Assembly: GCA_036785375.1 (NCBI GenBank)
Contig: JAWMAR010001270.1
Coordinates: 248,001 to 312,000, forward strand
Origin: Leucoraja ocellata
Taxonomy: Eukaryota
DNA: 64,000 bases
Direction: 5' to 3'
Each line of letters opens with the position of its first letter. Within the stretch, counting starts at the first letter, position 1. This document shows, piece after piece, positions 12,145 through 24,571 of this stretch. Both the position numbers and the translations under genes were made by a program. Below the pieces are notes generated by a model. The model saw nothing but the letters and a program-made list of their open reading frames with translations. It made no database searches and had not been told where the DNA came from.

Positions 12145-13850
12145 ATAGTGCTCTGGGGAGTGCAGGTACATAGTTCTTTGAAAGTGGCACCACAGGTAGG
12201 TAGAGTGGTCAAAAATGCTTTTGGCACATATGCCTTAATCAGACAGCGTAGTGAGTATAGACGTTGTGAGGTTATGTTGCAGTGATATGTGATATGCAGC
12301 GGTAAGGCCGTATTTAGAGTATTGTGTTCAGTTCTGGGCACTGTGTTTTCGGAAAGATGTTGTCAAGCTGGAAAGGGTGCAGAGAAGATTTACGAGGATG
12401 TTGCCTGGACACGAGTGCCTGAGCTATAGTGAGAGGTTGAGCAGCCTTGGACTCTATTCCTCGTTGCGCAATAGGATGAGAGGTGATCATATTGAGGTGT
12501 ACAAAATCATGAGATGAATAGATTGGATAGACGAACAGAGCCAGTAGCCCAGAGTAGGGGAATCAAGAACCAAATGACATAGTTTTAAGGTGAGGGGGGA
12601 AAGATTTAATAGAAACCTAAGGGGTAGCTTTTTCACACAGAGGGGGGTGCATGCATGGAACGAGCTGCTGGAGGAAGTATTTGAGGCAGGTACTATCCCA
12701 ATAGCTGACAGATCTTCCCGAGAACTGCATATTCGTTGATGCAGTGAGATCCCATCTTCGGAAATAAGAAACATTTAGACAGGTACATGGATAGGGCAGA
12801 GATATGGGCCAAACGCAGACATTTGGAAGAAGTGTACTTGGGACATGTTGGTCGGTGTGGGCAAGTTGGGCCGAAAGGCCTGTTTCCACGTTGTATGACT
12901 CTATACGACTGAAAATTCTGGACCTGTGAATTTTGCTGTTGCGACTTCCAGAAAACACTTGGCAAGAGTGTACTGCAGAGTCTCTCAACAAGAGTAAGGT
13001 CGTTATGCTTCAAGGGAGAAAATAGGAACAATGAACATTTATCGAAATGTGAAATCCTTTTCGCTGTGCTTTAAAGTAATAGATTTTGCATTAAGGATAA
13101 TCCCAATAGATTTTATAAGTAATTCTGATTGACTATTTTTTGGTGAATCTCACTTTTTTGGGTGAATCTCAACACAATAGCTGACAGATCTTCCCAAGAA
13201 CCCGTTGATGGAGTGAGATCCCAACGTCGGAAATAGTACATTGTATACGGATGCTGATCTGCATTGGTGATTGAGACAATAGTAGGAATAGGGACCACAA
13301 GCATCTCTTGGCACTCGGCCATTTTTCTTGAGAGAACCGCGGGAGATCGAGAGAGAAAAACTAACTGGGAAGGGAGGGAGGAGAAGAAGCGGTGAAGGAG
13401 GCGGGAAGAACTTGTTCGGGGATGCTGAAATCTGAAGCAAATATAAAATAGGGAGGGGATCCAAAATAGAAGGGGGGGGGGCGGGTAATTCGTAGCGATT
13501 AATGATGACGGCCATGACAGTGTGAGCTACTTTTTGAGAAATCAGCCTGATTTCCCCTTAACAATGTCATGTATGAATCTGGTATTACTTTTCTAAATTG
13601 GCACAATTCATTAATGTGCAATTCTCTATAAAATATTAGTTTAGTTAGAGCTATAATGAATTTATTGAATCTGGAGGCTTTGAGCAATGAGAATTGGCTT
13701 GATCATTTTCCCGAGAGAGTCGGAGATCTATCTGGCCTTTTAGAGGTTCTATATATGAAATCACAACGAGCATAGATAAGGTGAACAGCACAGACTTTTC
13801 ATCAGGGTAGGGGAGTCAGAAAAACTAGAGAGCACCGTTTTAATGTAAGA

Positions 13851-15249
13851 CCAGACCAAGTGCAGACCCATTGGGTCTACTACCCCAATGCAAGATTCCA
13901 CCACTCACCTGTTCCCCCAACACAAGCCATTCCCCCAATGCAAGATTCAACCACTCACACACAGTCCCCAACTGCGCAGGCGCGGCTCATTTCTACTCAT
14001 CCCCCAGCACTCCCTCCTACTTCTCTTCACCCTCCCTCTTCAACCTCTAGAGAGGGAGGGGGTAGAGAGGGAGGGGTGGTAGAAAGGGAGGGGGTAGAGA
14101 GGGTGGGGGGTATAGAGGGAGGGGTGGGGGGGCAAAGAGGGACGGGGTAGAGGAAGGGGGCTAGAGAGGAAAAGGGGTAGAGGGAGGGGGAGGGGAGGGG
14201 GAGGGGGTAGAGAGGGAAAGGGTAGGGGAGTAGAGAGGGAGGGTAGTGGAGGGGGGTTGTGGGGGACGGGGCTGGAGAGGGAGAGGGGCAGAGATGGAGG
14301 GGGTAGAGAGAGAGAGAGAGAGAGAGAGGGGGGGATGGAGGAAGAGAGAGGTGGAAGAGAGGGTGAGGGAGGGAGAGGGAGGGGGTAGAGAGGGAGGGGG
14401 TAGAGAGGGTGGGAGTGAGGGTAGAAAGGGAGGGGCATCTCCCTCCTCCATCCCTGCCCATCTCCCTCCTGCACACACTCCCATCTCCCTCTACCACCCC
14501 ACTCCCCACCACATGTCCCTCCTCCTCATTTCCCGCATCATCCTCCCCTCACTCCCATTCCCTGCTCCAGCACCTACCCAGGTCATAGAGCAGTGCGAGG
14601 GCCTGGAACTCATACTTGGGCCGGCCCTTGCTGTAGACTCCAGCTGTCAGCTCGGCCACTGCCTGGGTTCCAGTGAAGGCCCCGACTTCATCTCCAGACT
14701 CCATCCGTCAGCTCGGCCGCTGCCTGGGCTCCAGTGCAGGTCCTGACTTCATCTCAGGGCTCATCCCTGACGCCGGACCCAGGCTTGTCCTTGTTTCCAG
14801 CGGCAGCTTCTTTCACGGCCCCGGTAAGCGCCCCATCCCCAGCCCCGAGCTCAGCTCTCACTCCAGCTCCAGCACCACACTCCCCACCAGGTTTGGGCAT
14901 CGGGCGCAAGCAGCCACCACCACTCCTCGTTCACTGCGAGCATTGGAGTGCCCCTCCCCCCTGGAGTGTCCCGTCCTGCCTTGCAAGTGCATTGTGACGT
15001 CACTCTGGTTCTTTTTTCCGAAATGGGCGTGTTTTGGGGGCTGTTTTTAAAATTTAAAGGATTAATAACTTCGGAAATATAGGGGGGAATGTGACGAGAA
15101 TATGTTTATCGCCTCGACGGGGAAAATGTGAGTAGGATATGTGAAAATTGGAAGGCTGTGGCCTCGCGTTTGGAAGAAGATAGGAAAAGCAGATAGAAAC
15201 ATCGTCAGCACAAACACAAACAATAGGAAGAGTTTTAGTATTATAGAGA
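13851..15249 (-). mobile_element. Non-autonomous Helitron
   Basis: On the - strand: 5' TC end at 15249, 3' CTGG (CTRR) end at 13851, subterminal hairpin AGACCCAATGGGTCT (13864-13878). Inserted between A and T of a CR1 fragment with no TSD. Confidence 0.78.
14048..14435. repeat. Purine/G-rich low-complexity tract (GGGG/AG repeats)
   Basis: Repeated gagggggtagaga-like units and (AG)n. Confidence 0.95.
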
Positions 15250-16679
15250 TGGAAAATATTTAATGGAACCTGAGGGCCACACAAAGCGTGGTGCATACAT
15301 GTAAGAGCTGTGGGAGGAGGTTGCTGAGGCAGACATAATTTAGTCAGTTAAAGGACAGGCAGGTACAGTGAGAGGAAATATTTTTTTGGGACATGAAACA
15401 GGTGCTGGCAAGTGGGACTGGCAAATCATCCATGTTTCGTAATCCATCTCCTCATATTAAGTAAATACAACCAAATATTTCATTCTGGTTTTGATGATAT
15501 TAAGAATCACAAAGTAAATGGAAAAACGTTTGCAAAAAATGGCAGATTGATGAGCTCAGTTAATGGAACGTACAGAATAGTGAAAGTTGGATACCGTGGA
15601 TGTGGAGAGGACGTTTCCACTAGTGGAAGTGTCTGGGACTAGAGGTCACAGACTCAGAATTAAAGGACATTCTTTTAGGAAGGAGATGAGACTATTATTT
15701 TTTAGTCAGAGGCTGGTGAATCTGTGGATTTCTTTGCTATAAAAGGTTGTAGGGGCCAAGCAGTGGATATTTTTAAGGCAGAGATGGATAGATTTTTGAT
15801 TAGTACAGGTGACAGTTATGGGTAGAACGCAGGAGAATGGGGATTGGAGGGAGAGATAGATCAGCCAAGATTGAGTGGCATAATTCTACTCCCATCACTT
15901 ATGACCTTATGAACTATCCAGGTTTTATTTAATTGTCATAATGATACCCGTTTCTGCCAATTCTCTTGGCAGCTCGTTATATTCATTGATTTGCAAAGCA
16001 ACCGGAGGTACCTGAAATCCGGAAGTGACTGACAATCTATCTCCGTCCTGCAGTTACCAAATCATTGAACAGGCCATGTTGGGTGGCAGTGTGAGCGGCA
16101 CCATTGAAGGATTATTTCTTCCTAATTTGGGTCAACTAATCTGGTAGAGAAGACTTTTCGGCAAATCTTGATTTTGCAAATTTATTGCAAAAAACGGAAT
16201 ACATTTGAATTAATAGCAACATATTAGAACATAGAAAAGTACAGCACAGGAACAGGCCCTGAACCCATGCCTGATGTCCATGCCGAACATGGTGCCAAGT
16301 TGAATTAAACGCGATTTCCTGACTTTTCTATTCAATGCTCTGATTGATGCAAGCAAGCATATCAGATGCTTTCTTTATTACTTTATCTTTATCTTTCCGA
16401 AAATTATAACTACTCTTAATTCAAATTCACACATGCACTGACTTCACAGCCCAACACCCGGACTTCCATCTGTATATATGTATATATGTATATAGCACCG
16501 CAGAATTGAGCACCTATTTCCCCCCCCCCCCCCCCCCCCCCCTTCTCCCTTCTGTTTTGTTTTTCTGTTTCTTGTTTTTTGTACTAAATTATATGCATGC
16601 ACTGAGTACGAGCAGCTTTCAATTTCACTATACATGTATAGTGACAATAAATGGCATATCTATCTATCAGGGAGCTGTG

Positions 16680-18700
16680 AACAAGGTGCCCGAGAGCTCG
16701 CTGTATAGCGATGCTGCTGAGGTACTTTCTATTGAGTGTATACTTTCCCCTTACATTTGACCTCCCAAAGTGCACCACACTTGCACACTCATTCTGCCAT
16801 TTCTCCGTCCATTTCTGCAACTGATTATAATCCCTCTTATATAACTTGACTGCCAACCTCTTTTCCACAAGTTTCCCAATTTTGGTATTATTTGATAACT
16901 ACTAACCAACCCATTTATTTGCAAATCATTTTTATATATTGCTGATGACAGAGGTCCCAGTGCAGATCCTTGAGAAACTTTATTAGTCACAGACATCCAG
17001 CCAAAATAACTCACTTCCATCACAGCACTCAGTCTGCTCTGAGTAAGTCAGTTCTGAATTCCAACAACCACATCACTTTGGATTCCAAACACTTTCATCT
17101 TTTGGATTACCTACCATGAGGGATTTTATCAAATGTCTAGCCAAAAATAAACGTAGACAGCATCCACTGCCCCACCCAGATCAATCACCTTCATCTCCTG
17201 CTCAAAAACACCAATCAGGGTCATAATACATGGCCTTCCATGTACAAAGCCATGCTGACTGTCTTTAATTAGCCCATTTTCTTCCAAACACAAATAAAGC
17301 CTCTCCCAAATAATCCACTCCAATAGCTGTTCTATCACTGATGTGAGGCCCAGTCCTATAATTTCCTTGATCATCTCTAGTTTCCTTCTTAAACAAAGGA
17401 ACAATATTGGCTGTTCTCCAGTCCTCTGGTGTGTTGCCCTTCAGCTAAAGAAATTATTAAGTGTAGGAAGGAACTGCAGATGCTGATTTACACCAAAGAA
17501 AAACACAAAATGTTGGAGTAACTCAGCAGGTCAGGCAGCAACCCTAGATAGAAGGAATGGGTGACATTTCAGGTTGGGACCCTTCTGCAGACTGAGAGTC
17601 AGTGGAGAGGGAGACACAAAGATATGGATGGGTAGGGTGTGAAAACAAGATATCAAAGGGGACGGAGTACAACAAAAATGTACAATAGATCATCCAGACC
17701 TCCAGCCTGAATATCGTTCTTCCACCACTACCCACTGCCTTCTATTAGTAAGCCATTTATGAATCCATACAATCAAATCATTGTTAATCCTCTGTTAATA
17801 CACAAGATCCTGATCTTTTGGATCAGCCTACATCAAATGCATCCCTAAAATCTATGTAGATGCCATCCACCATTCTACTGTCATGGATCACCTTTGCTCC
17901 TTCTTCAAAAAATCTGGAGCATTAGTAAAAAATGACCTGTCATGTACAAAGCCATGCTGACTGTCTAAATGAAACCATTCTCTTCCAAATGGGAATAAAT
18001 CCTATCCAAATGAATCATATCCAATAGCCTCCCTAATATTGACGTGTGGTGCACCAGGCCCATATTAGTTAAATTCCCTCTATTTCCCTTTTTAAACAAT
18101 GGAACAACATTAGCTACTCTGCAGTCTTCCAGATCATTGCATGTAGCCAGAAAAAATGCTAAAATCTTTGTCAAGGTTCTTGCAATTTCCGCTCTTGCCT
18201 CTCTCAAGAAATATATCGCGTTAGGCCCTGTGGATTTATCCACGTTAATGTTTGTTAAAAACCCTGTATCTTAATCAAAAATCTGTCCTTGAAAATTAAT
18301 ATTCTCAACACTGAACTCACCGTCTTCCATGCCCTTCTCCTCAGTCAATACAGATGCAATACACTTTAGTACTTGCCTCAACCCGACTCCATGCACAAAT
18401 TTGCTATTTTACATTGAGTGACCCCCTCCCCTCTCTTCGTTACCCTCTTGTTTTAATGTAGGTTTTAATGTAGGTATTGTAATGTAGGTATTTTTTTAAA
18501 GGGATTGTATGTAAACATTTTGTGGCACCTTTTATACTGGAGTCATTCAGTGGGACAGGCAGCATCTCTGGAGACAAGGAATGGGTGACGTTTCGGGACC
18601 CTTCTTCAAGCACCTCGTGGCAACTTTTGGTCCTTCTAATCGTCCATTTCAGTTCATCCTTCCTTGCTTTATATTCCAATTAAAATCAGGCTGGGTTGAA
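16680..18700 (-). mobile_element. Degenerate CR1 LINE fragments with interspersed Penelope-derived short repeats
   Basis: LIKDSQHGFVHGRPC, ANVVPLFKKGNR and VSQGSALGP motifs; boundaries approximate. Confidence 0.75.
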
Positions 18701-19054
18701 GCAAAAGAAATAAAGAAAGAAATATCTGGGTTAGTTACTCCTGTTGTTTTTTCCAGTGGGCTTCAAGCCCTGGGACATGGAACATAAGAGAGATTAGAAA
18801 GACATCAAACCCGAAGTGGGGTGACGAAATAAATTCATAAGCTCATAAATCAAAGCAGAATTAGACCATTCAGCCCATCGAGTCTTCTCCGCCATCCTAT
18901 CATGACTGATTAACCCTTCGCTCTCAACCGCATTCTCCTTCCTTCCCCCTGTAATTTTTTTTTTAAAGTTCATATTAGATTGTAAGTCCCTTGCGTCGAA
19001 TGAGAAAATCTGCGATTCTCTTCTGAATGGTCAGTCAATCATTTGAACATGGAT

Positions 19055-19299
19055 CCAGGGAAGTCTGAGAGAGAATTGTACCCCGATAGAAACTGTTCAG
19101 TTCGCAGTGGGGGCGGACCCTCGCTCATACTAGCACTCCACCAACACCGAACCAAATGTGAAACCCACTTTACCGTCATGTGACATCCTATGTCATGGTC
19201 ACAAGCGGAAAATATTTATTCACCAGCAACTCTTTCTTGCAAGGATCTTTTAGGAAACTTCTCTCATTTGCAACAAGCGGCCAACAACTATCTTATAAT
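19055..19299 (+). promoter_or_regulatory. Putative proximal promoter of receptor gene 2
   Basis: Non-repeat DNA directly 5' of the leader ATG, with GGGAAGT (ETS-like, near 19058), GGGGCGG GC box (near 19110) and GCGGAAA (near 19205); motif matches only. Confidence 0.4.
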
Positions 19300-19354
19300 A
19301 TGACAGTGGAAGCATCATTTCGGTACATGGCCCTTCTGGTGACAGTTTGGCAAG
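19300..19354 (+). CDS. Receptor gene 2 exon 1: leader peptide (MTVEASFRYMALLVTVWQ)
   Basis: ATG at 19300; donor AAG|gtact; 55 nt, phase 1, typical IgSF leader exon about 200 nt before the V exon. Confidence 0.72.
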
Positions 19355-19555
19355 GTACTTTTAGATATATGTGCCGGTCCATCATATTTAATTCTGTTTT
19401 AGAATACTCCATTTAGTTGCCCACTGTGAATTTAGTTACAGTGCTTCTCCAGCTCGCTTGTCGCTAATTCTAATTTACTTTTGTAATTTTCAACTCTTGA
19501 TTAATTTTCCTTGTCCAGTTTGTGCAACTGTTTTCCGTGTTTTCCTTAATTTCAG

Positions 19556-19864
19556 CAGCCAACGAAGTAACTACGACCAAAGTGGACCAATTCCCGAAAG
19601 AGCTGACAGTCCACAGAGGAGGCAATGCGTCCATGTTCTGCACGTTCTCAATACAACAAGTTACTCCTGATGTTTCCTGGTGGAGATGGGGAGAGAAGAC
19701 ACTTATAGAACCAGACAGCAGAAAAATAATTTCTACCAGAAAGGGCATTGGGGATTTTGTTCTCCTGAATGCAAATATAGCGGACTCCGGGGTTTATTAT
19801 TGTAAAGTGAAAGGTCAGCAGCAATCTATCGGAGCTGGAGCTGGCTCCAGGCTGACTGTAATTG
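19556..19864 (+). CDS. Receptor gene 2 exon 2: VJ-type Ig V domain (NCR3/NKp30- or SIRP-like)
   Basis: VDQFP..GGNASMFC..VSWWR..DSGVYYC..GAGAGSRLTV; acceptor ttcag (NAGNAG), donor G|gtaagt; 309 nt, phase 1-1. Confidence 0.93.
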
Positions 19865-22025
19865 GTAAGTATCCCATGACGGAGAGAACGTAAGCTCTCT
19901 ATAGTATAAATTATGCTCTCTAATGTGAATAACATCACATTTTATCACTGGGTTAAAACTGGATGATTACTAATAACTATTTTTTGTTATGAAATCAAAC
20001 CACTCTGCTGACTTGAAATCTGAAATGTCTGGAAATAATTAGCTGATCGGGCAGCATGTGTGTGGCGAGGGAGGGTTGTTCTCGTTTTTCGTGCTTCCAG
20101 AGGGCCTTTTCCTTTGTCCTTCTGTAGAGTCGCGCTGCTATCGCCCACGATTCAGATTCACTCTTCATCATTCCCACGGTGCTCAGTGACCACATTGTTT
20201 TTCAGTGAAGATGCTCAAGCCACTTGGATATTTAATCTGGACTGTGGGAAGTATGGCGGCTTTTTCCTCACGGGAATCGTTTTAACACACTGAGTCTGGG
20301 TCTGCTCTTGTGTATAATGAAAAGTCACCATTCCAGGCCAACTGTGGCTGCAACCTCCTCAGAACTGTGTCCACCCACAGTCCACACACAATCTTATTCT
20401 TTTTGACGCAACCGCTACAAGATGTCTACCCAGTATTTGTTATAACTAATTTTCCGAAATCTATTAGTTGTATCCTTAAAGTCAGGAAACGTGTGAATAA
20501 AGGGAGCTCTCATGATTTGGATGTATTAAAGATAGACAAAAAATGCTGAATTTACTCGGCGGGACAGGCAGCATCTCTAATAGTGATGATTCAAACTGAA
20601 GAAGGGTCTCGGCCCGAAACGTCACCCAATTCTTCTTTCTAGAGATGCTGCCTGTCCCGCTGAGTTACGGTTTTTGTGTATTCGAGCATTTTTATTTAAC
20701 CGCCAAATATTTGTAAAGCACGAACAGAATGTAAAGGTCTTTTGAAGAACCACTAGTGCTCCTGTCCTTGCAAATCGTGGTTTCCATTTACACGACCCTC
20801 GGTTGAAATGCCTACAAGTAAAACGGCGCTGTCACTCAACATCGCAACAAATATTTATTCCACATAAAATAATCTGTTTTTGTGCCATGGAGAAACTTTG
20901 AGTTTTAGCTGGTAGTGCACTCGCTGAGGTTGAGAATAAACACAGAACTCTCTCCCGAAGGCAATAATGATCCTGATTCAATAACTTGTTAGTACAAAAA
21001 CGGAATGTAAGAACATTTAAAAGTTAGGTGTTCAACAGATTGCTTGTAATGACTCCCAATACACCTGTCCTTCCAGCTAAACATTGACTGTAGATTTAAC
21101 TGAGAAAGATCAGTGTTCGTAAATGACAAATATGGAGTTCGGTTCAATAGAATCTTACTTACATGGAATGCGTTCAATATATCGAGCAAATTTAGAAAAG
21201 GCCAGAGATATAGATAAAATGTGTTGCCACATTGGAAGTCACTTTCACGTTCTATCACCTTTATTTGTTATTATCAACCAATTGTCAGTATAACTCAATC
21301 ATACCGTGTACAATCATACCGTATATCGCGGCCTGGAAAAGGTTTTCCTTGTGAAAGTTACTTCATCTGAACTCTCAACCCCAGTCTGGCACATGTGACA
21401 ATTGTACCTTGTACCTTGTATCTTGTATCTTGAACTATTATGGGGCCAAACCTCAGATCGATAGATGTAGCCAAACCCTGCCCCTCGACCATATGCATTG
21501 GCGAGATGTGAATATATACAGGGCTGGATTCGTTAGGATTCGTTAGTCTGTGTGCAGTTTAACAATCTCCTCGTAAATTCGTGGTTTTTCTTCCGTTGCT
21601 ACGCTAACTTACCCATTGCCAACTTTTCGCTGGTTGGTAGGGTAGCCAGCGGTAAATTATCCCTTGATAATTGATTGTGGTGGGGAAGAATGAGGACAGT
21701 TGATATGGATGCGACAGGAAAATTGGATAAATTAATAGGAGTTTAATAGTCAGCGTGAAGGCGACACCGGGCCTGTATCATTCTTTGCAACATTCTCCGC
21801 ATATTACTTAAATCGAAAATCACATCCCTATGTGTTCCTTGAATGTATTTTACTGTCCATGGTAAGACGAACTATAAATCAGTGACAAATCCACGAGTTT
21901 CAAAGTGAACGTACCGATAACCCATGTGGTCATGATACTGCAATGTCTTCCCAAGCCGTACGACAGAGTATTCATTGACATGGAAAGAAGACATCCAACA
22001 TAACTTTTTTTCCCTTCTGTTACAG

Positions 22026-22316
22026 CTCCGCCAACTCCCCTGAGCATTAGCCAAGTTAATGGCAGTTCGCCGCCAAAACTTGTGTGTCAAACGGCTGCCT
22101 TTTCCCCGAAGGAAGTCAAAATATCCTGGCAAAGAAATGGTGTAACAATTTCCACCGGGGAGGAACCTGTGAACATCAGTAGCGTGGGGGGGTTGTATGT
22201 GGCTTCCAGTTTTCTCGAAGTAACAAAGCCTACCTGGCGCGTTGATATTTACACCTGCAAAGTGTCACATGTCTCCCTTGCGGTCCCCGCCAGAGTCGAC
22301 TACACCGTCAAGCCAG
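22026..22316 (+). CDS. Receptor gene 2 exon 3: Ig C1-set domain
   Basis: APPTPLSI..KLVCQTAAFSPKEVKISWQRNG..YVASSFLEV..YTCKVSHVSL; acceptor ttctgttacag, donor AG|gtaaga; 291 nt, phase 1-1. Confidence 0.93.
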
Positions 22317-24322
22317 GTAAGACTGGCAAACAGAACTGGGAACAGAGGGAGACCTCCGATCCGATTTAGAAATTATATCTGGCCGAATACTGTACGTGGA
22401 GTAGTAAATGTTAACCTATTTATTCACAGTAGAATATCGATGTGCAAGCCACCTAATGCATCATTTAGCGCTATATTTTCTCAATTAGAACTGCGACGAT
22501 TAATTGATACGTTTAATGTATATTGTGCGTGTGAAACAGCAAACTTTCAGGCACTTGACAGTGGTGTAGCAAGCACACATTCAACTCTCGACTACAAAGT
22601 GACATAATATGACGAATGGGGAAGGAGAATGCTCTGAACAAGGCATATTTTCTTTAAGACAGGAAGTCGGCTTTTAACGTTTGTATTGAGGCGATAAATT
22701 TCACTTCCCAGAGATGCGTGAATCTTTGTAATTCCGTACCTCGGAACATCGCAGATCCATAATGTTGTATTTCAGAGCTGAGATAAATAGTTTTTGAAAA
22801 TGATGATCAAGGGCAACAGGTGCATAGGAACGCGCCATCTCCTGCAAATTCCCTTCCGAGTCACAAACCATCATGACTTGTAAATAAATCGGCCGTATCG
22901 TCGCTTGGATTTGATCCTGGAACTCCCTACCCAATAACACTGTGGAATTATCTTCGAGAGGACTGCAGTGATTCACAAAGGCTGCTCACTGCCACATTGT
23001 GAAGGACAAGTATGAATTGGGAATACTGTATGTGCTGGCCTTGTCAGTTTTACCCGGATCATTTGTGTTTTAAAATCAAAAGGTATGAACAATGGGCAAG
23101 AAATGGATTCTAATTGAGGAACGACCACAATCGTGCACCCGGAGAGGTCATCTGGCCTTATTCTCTAGTCCTTATAAGTTTACCAACATGAAATGTCACT
23201 GTATTCGTCTAGTTGTATTCAAATGTAATTATTCTATCCGTTTACTGCCCATGATGCCACCAACTACCCACACTATGCCCCTCCATGCCCTTCTGGCTTA
23301 TAATCTCACCTTAAATGTTCTACCATTTCTACCAAGTATCATGTCACCTCCATATGGACGGGAACGGTTTGAATAGATATGTGCCAGGAGCAGGTAAGTA
23401 GGAGGCAAAGGAGATTGCTTTTTAAATGTTTCCAGCATCTGCAAAGTTCTGGAGATACTTAGCATCTCAGGTAGCTTGTGCGGAGGGTATCTGAAGAAGG
23501 GTCACTACTCGAAACGTAATTTCCCTCCAGCAATGCAACTAAGCCTGTTGGGTTCCTACGGCAGGCAGCTGGGACTACCTCGGTTGGGCAACGTGCTCGG
23601 CATGGGTGAGTGGCGGAATGACCGGTTTTCGTGCTATGACTCTCCTAATTTCTCATAATCTGCGATTTGGAGGCAAATCTTGTTGGAAGGCCTGCCTGTT
23701 TCTTGAAATATTTGAACACGTTAAAGGCTTGCAATCCCGCATGTAAAGGTAAATTGCTTTTGTTACACCTTAAAAGCTGTAGAATCAGGTGCTATATGCC
23801 GTCCTAAAATATGGAATCTGCTAAGAAAAAAGCAAGTCTCACTTTATATTTCATAAGTAACTTTCATGCACAGAGAGAAGCTCACTGGATCATTATGTGA
23901 CACGGTTTACGTGTTTACCATACATCTGTGTTGGAAGGAACTGCAAATGATGGTTTACACCGAAAATGGGCATGAAATGCTGGTGTAACAGCAGGTCAAG
24001 CAGCATCATCGAAGAGAAGGAATGGGTGACGTTTCCTGTCAAGACACCTCTTCAGACTGAGAGTCAGTGGAGAGGGAAACTAGAGATATGGAAGGTTACA
24101 AAGAGATGTCAGATCTGAAAATGACAGATCAAAGCAGACGATATATATTTATTCGCTAACTTGCAAATAATGCAATTCGTTCCATTCGGTATATATTGGA
24201 ATGCTTGTACACCAAGGATAAAAAGACACATTCGGAGTGCTCTGCCTTCCTGACTCCTAATTTCTCACCAGTTTCTTAGTTTATCTGTTTTACAGTTTTA
24301 AATGTATCTGCTTCTCCTGCAG

Positions 24323-24421
24323 ACTCTAATCTCGCACTGATTCCCGGATGTGTAGTGGGCGTATTGGCAATTTTAATCCCGATTATAATTTTGATAGTAC
24401 TCAGAATAAAGGCAACAAATG
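24323..24421 (+). CDS. Receptor gene 2 exon 4: uncharged TM (DSNLALIPGCVVGVLAILIPIIILIVLRIKATN)
   Basis: Acceptor cttctcctgcag, donor G|gtaaga; 99 nt, phase 1-1; hydrophobic run followed by RIK stop-transfer. Confidence 0.88.
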
Positions 24422-24527
24422 GTAAGACCGTTATTTATTTTTGCCAATTGCTTTAATATCCTAACAGTATTTCAGAAAACAGGAACAGTAAATTAATAAA
24501 TGTTGAGTGCAGAAGAAGAAACATTGC

Positions 24528-24571
24528 AGGTGATCATTAGGTGATCATTAGGTGATCATTAGGTCATCATT
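24528..24571. repeat. 11-bp tandem repeat (AGGTGATCATT)x4
   Basis: Three exact copies and one with a single mismatch. Confidence 0.9.

Larger units (their letters stand above)
10435..12905 (+). mobile_element. CR1 LINE remnant interrupted by a younger retroposon
   Basis: DKSPRPEHIYPRTL, LFKKGGREKAGNYRRVSLSSVVGKLLE; CR1 3' UTR near 12780-12905; boundaries approximate. Confidence 0.85.

Noticed and set aside
11251-12193. Long overlapping ORFs with poly-Ser/Ala/Leu/Cys
   Set aside because: Artefact of a GC-rich retroposon with a CAG tract
13860-15050. Pro/Ser- and Gly/Glu-rich ORFs
   Set aside because: Low-complexity G-rich DNA inside the Helitron
19556-22316. Naming receptor gene 2 as NCR3, NCR3LG1, SIRPA or an Ig light chain
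   Set aside because: It shares features with each but orthology cannot be established without a phylogeny. The TM plus tyrosine-motif tail argues against IgL/TCR, so no symbol is given
24528-24571. Short direct repeats as a CRISPR-like array
   Set aside because: No spacers and the context is eukaryotic; simple tandem repeat
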